Assembly: GCF_009914755.1 (NCBI RefSeq)
Contig: NC_060929.1
Strand: one strand, 5' to 3'
DNA from: the human T2T-CHM13v2.0 reference genome, Homo sapiens
Length of the DNA: 64,000 nt
The translations under genes were made by a program, and so were the position numbers. Shown here one piece after another: positions 58,791-64,000 of the stretch; within the stretch, counting starts at the first letter, position 1; each line of letters starts with the position of its first letter. The notes beneath the pieces are model-generated. The model did not search any database. It was not told the origin of the DNA and worked only from the letters and a program-made list of their open reading frames with translations.

Positions 58791-59399
58791 AATGTCACAG
58801 ATTATGCTTCATACTTGTCTTCCTGAGTCTTCTTTATCCCGAACACCCTGAGTTTTCGAATGGTTGACATGCCAGCTGGCTTTCTGCAGATGTACTTCTC
58901 GTGCGTAAATTTCCTTCTCTGTGAGGTATTCATATTGAACATGACCTCCAAGTGTGTTTGGGTCTGTGCAGAAGACAATAGGACTGCGATTTCTGATGAT
59001 TAAAACCTGGATTGTATGTTACTGTGATCAGACCCTGAGACTGCGTTAGCAAGTTTTATAGCATCTGAGTCGCTCTGTTGGAGGAAAGTGCATGTGATGG
59101 GCATTTGCTTGCTTCCCCACCAGATTCTCTACCTTCACCCTTCCTGCAATATTCCCTAGGAAGCTGACCTCTGCTGAATGCAACACTCAGGTTCTCTGCT
59201 TCCTAGATTCTAGTTGAGTTTGGTCCATGGGAGGCCTTGGCAGAAATTTTGAGAGTAAGAGCAAATAATTACTTAACCATTAGAAAAAAATAACATGAAT
59301 GTGTCCTTCTATCCATGGCCTCAGTTCCTGTTGGGGAGCCTCGGTGCCAATCCCTCGGTGCATCACCATTTCTAATTAGTTCCTGTTTTAGTCTGCTTT

Positions 59400-59401
<2 letters not shown>

Positions 59402-59451
<50 letters not shown>
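59402..59451. repeat. (TG)n microsatellite, about 24 units
   Basis: Directly visible. Confidence 0.95.
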
Positions 59452-59453
<2 letters not shown>

Positions 59454-59661
59454 GTTATAAAGGAATACCAGAGGCTGAATAATTTTAAAGAAGAGAGGTT
59501 TATTTGGTTCACAGTTCTGAAGGTGTGCAAGAAGCATGGTGCCACCATTTGCTTCTGGTGAGGGCTTTAGTCTGTTTCCACTCATGGCAGAAGGGGAAGG
59601 GAAGCTGGCATGTGCAGAGATCACGTGGCAAGAGAGAGGGGTTTGTACCAGGCTCTTGTTA

Positions 59662-59996
<335 letters not shown>

Positions 59997-60267
59997 AGCG
60001 AGCAAGAACTCACTTGGATGGCACCAAGACATTCGTGAGAGGTCCACACTCAGGACCAAAACACCTCCCATTAGGCCCCACCTCCAACAATGGGGATCAC
60101 ATTTCAACATGAGTTTGGAGTGGTCAAATATCCAAACCCTAGCAGTTCCCTTAACCCTGGAAAGAGACCCTTCATTAAACTCTTTCTGCTTAATCCTTTG
60201 AGAGTGCAACAATTTCCTGCTAGGACCCTGACGGATAGAGGGACCATACAGATCACTAAAATGCTGA

Positions 60268-60636
<369 letters not shown>

Positions 60637-60829
60637 AAACTTAAAAAAAAAAACCCAAATAGTACTTTGAACTTCACCCGCAGGGAGTTATTCAAATTGG
60701 TTGTCAGCCAGTTATTTCAGGTTGTTGAGATCATCTGGCTCTTGATTTTATTAATCATCTTAGCCTTCCCTTTCAACAATTTGCCGACTTTGTGCAAATT
60801 TTATTAATATGTGATCTCTGTCTTTATCC

Positions 60830-61125
60830 ATGGAGAGGCAGTATAGTATCATGAGGAAAAATAGACTTTGGAGTAGGCAGAAATTAGGTTTGAATTACTA
60901 GCCACGAGGCTTTGGGAACATTACTTAAACTCTATAAGCTTCAATTTCTTTATCTATAAGGTATAGATACCTTACCTTTATCTATACCTTATAGATACCT
61001 TTATCTATAAGGTATAGATCTTTATCTATAAAACCTGAAAGTTTTGGCATGAGTTTAGTAAAACTGTCTGTGAAGCCCTTGTGGACTGCTTGGTCCATGT
61101 AGGCATTTGATAAATGGTGGCTTTA
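60830..61125 (+). mobile_element. MIR, disrupted by a local palindromic rearrangement
   Basis: GAGAGGCAGTATAG...GACTTTGGAGT...TTACTTAAACTCT...TTTCTTTATCTATAA. Confidence 0.6.
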
Positions 61126-61510
61126 TATAGAGTAGGGAAATGCAAGCTATCTCAAAAAGAAATCAGGGAAATAAGAATGCCATCTGAAATCTGTCATATG
61201 AGAATGAAAGGAGCATAGACAGGTTTTGAGTGTGGGGTGAGGAGTAGGGGAGGGGAGGAGATAAGTGAACTGCCCCTCAGACTTCCAGGGAGGAGAAAAA
61301 TGATGTCACTGGGAACTGCAGTCATTTGAAAAGATAGCAATCAAGCATTTCTTTCAGAGCCCTGTTCATCTTTCAGTGGCTTTGCTTCTCCAGATGCTTT
61401 TGCTCCTTCAATTATCTCTGCCTTCTCCCACCTCCTCTCCAACCATCTCTTCCCTTCCTTAATTCACAATTTTTCTCCCTCTTTTCAAGGCATAGTGCTT
61501 TGATTTATAA

Positions 61511-61852
<342 letters not shown>

Positions 61853-61984
61853 TGCTTTCATATTTATTAACACATTATTTCCACTTTCCTAAGGATAGTT
61901 GTTGTTCAACCTTTACTAGCTTTTTTGTTGTTCATACTTAATACATTTATTTTTATTGTGCTATAGCTATTTCCCACATGTGAT

Positions 61985-62272
61985 TTTTTTTTTTTTTTTT
62001 GAGATAGGATCTTGCTCTGTTGCTGAGGCTGGAGTGCAGTGATATGATCATGGCTTGCTGAAGCCCTGAACTCCTGAGGTTGGGTGATTCTCCCACCTTA
62101 GCCTCTCAAGTAGATGGGATTACAAGAAGTACCACTATACCTGGCTATTTAAAATTTTTTTTTGGCGTGTGTGGAGATGGAGTCTCCCTATGTTGTCCAG
62201 GCTGGTTGCGAACTCCTGGTCTCAAGTGATCCTGCCACCTTGGCATCTCAAAATGCTGGGATTACACATGTG
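61985..62272 (-). mobile_element. AluJ-like
   Basis: Diverged dimer with J-type features (GATCATGGC...TATGTTGTCCAGGCTGG...CTCAAGTGATCC). Confidence 0.88.
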
Positions 62273-62327
62273 TAATATTTTTATTGTCACTATTTTCCAC
62301 ATATTCTGGAAATTTTATTTGGATTTC

Positions 62328-62624
<297 letters not shown>

Positions 62625-64000
62625 GGATTTCTTTTTGACATAGAATTATTTAAGAGAAAGCTTTTAAATTTTCATGCTGTAATTTCTAGTTTTGTTGTGT
62701 CATAATCAGAGAATATAATCTGTAGCATTTCTACATTCTCTACTTTGCTTAGATGTTTTTAGGGTGGGGTGTGTAATATGTACTGAATTTTGTAAACATT
62801 TTATGGACATACAAATTTCAATGTTTACTTTTTCAGGCTATAGGCTTTGCTACATAATCTTTGTGTATTTTTTGGTCCTCATATAGATTTTTTAATTACC
62901 TTTTTGCTGTGATAGAGATTAGAAGGGTAAATTAATGTCTCATTTACCATCATTTTTCTTTCTGTATCTCTTTTCATTTCCTGATGCTTTGGCTTTATGA
63001 AATCTTTATGTATAAAAATTGTGCACACATATCTTTATGCACAGTGTTTTGGATTTTACCCTTCATAATGAGCTTTTTTCTCTCCTTTGAATTTGACCTG
63101 GCCTGGTGTTAACAGCCCAGGTGTAAAATTCCAGTGAGAAAGAAGTCTGATGAGGAGTCAGTAGGATCTTTGTGTTGCTGAGAACTGCTCAGTAACACGG
63201 ACAGCTCCCTGCACTCCAGGAAACATCCTGATTCAGTGTCTTGAGTATTGTGAAACACAGTTAGAGCAGAAACATGGAGAATCACCTTAAAATGGCAAAT
63301 TGGCTTCTGGTCTTGCATAAGACTTCATTGAGGCCTAATGGGCTATGCAGGTCTACTGTCCAAAGTACAGAGGTTATTCCTAGTGTCTTTAATATTACTG
63401 TCCCTTTAGGCAAGAGTATCCTTATGATAAGGGAGACTGAATTAAGCTATTTTGGCTGAGGTATATTTTTATAAATTCATCCAATTAGCTTCCCTTGTTG
63501 TAGTTTTGGCTCACCAAACATTGTTCTGATTATAATTTAGCATCCCATATAATTTCATCTGCAGGGAGAGTCTGTACTAGGCATGGCGATGCTTACATGT
63601 CAGCCCGTGTGACTGCAAGAGTCTCAGTATAATTTGATAACATGGCACTCAGATTCTAGACATTATTCTCTGTGTGCTTAGTGAGTGTGATGACATAACC
63701 TTCAGAAAGATTCATCCTTTCTCACATATTGATAAATCAACTTTTACATCTACAAAGTTGAGAGCCAGAAATTAAAACCTGATTAATTCACTAAGGCATC
63801 CCTATGACGGCAGTCTTCCAACTAGCTCCATTCTGGGGCACTCTGACATCATTATACACTTTCCAATGAAAGCAGGGAGTGTATGTGATTAAAGGGAGAG
63901 CCCTGTGGCACTCCTGAAAAATCTCCCCTCCCAGTTCACAGTGACTTATTAACCAACACTCATGATCATGTGAAACTCTAGAACTGGATCTGGGTGCCTG

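Noticed and set aside
63100-64000. Possible old LTR or ERV-internal sequence at the window end
   Set aside because: I could not assign a family or boundaries with confidence. It needs a Dfam search.

Overview
This is primate, almost certainly human, nuclear DNA rather than microbial sequence. It is AT-rich and mostly interspersed repeats. The only intact protein-coding region is a single-exon olfactory receptor CDS (22635-23573, +, 312 aa) that I recognise as the OR4F3/OR4F16/OR4F29 protein, so the window probably lies in a duplicated subtelomeric-type block. A WBP1L processed pseudogene (- strand) sits inside an old L1MA and is itself split by a full-length L1PA7-like element. Other clear elements are a complete THE1 (MaLR) provirus with a 5-bp TSD, a solo LTR22-like LTR with a 6-bp TSD, a twin-primed inverted L1, a 28 x 77-bp VNTR built from an L1 3' UTR, and many Alu, L1, L2, MIR and MLT fragments. 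The other ORFs in the track are transposon remnants or chance. I see no convincing novel biological system. The best leads are (i) candidate upstream exons that could add an in-frame N-terminal extension to the receptor, (ii) the E-box/G-run-rich L1-derived VNTR, (iii) a CTCF/CRE/CCAAT cluster just downstream of the receptor, and (iv) the nested, internally deleted WBP1L retrocopy. Repeat subfamily names and many repeat boundaries come from recognition by eye and are approximate.
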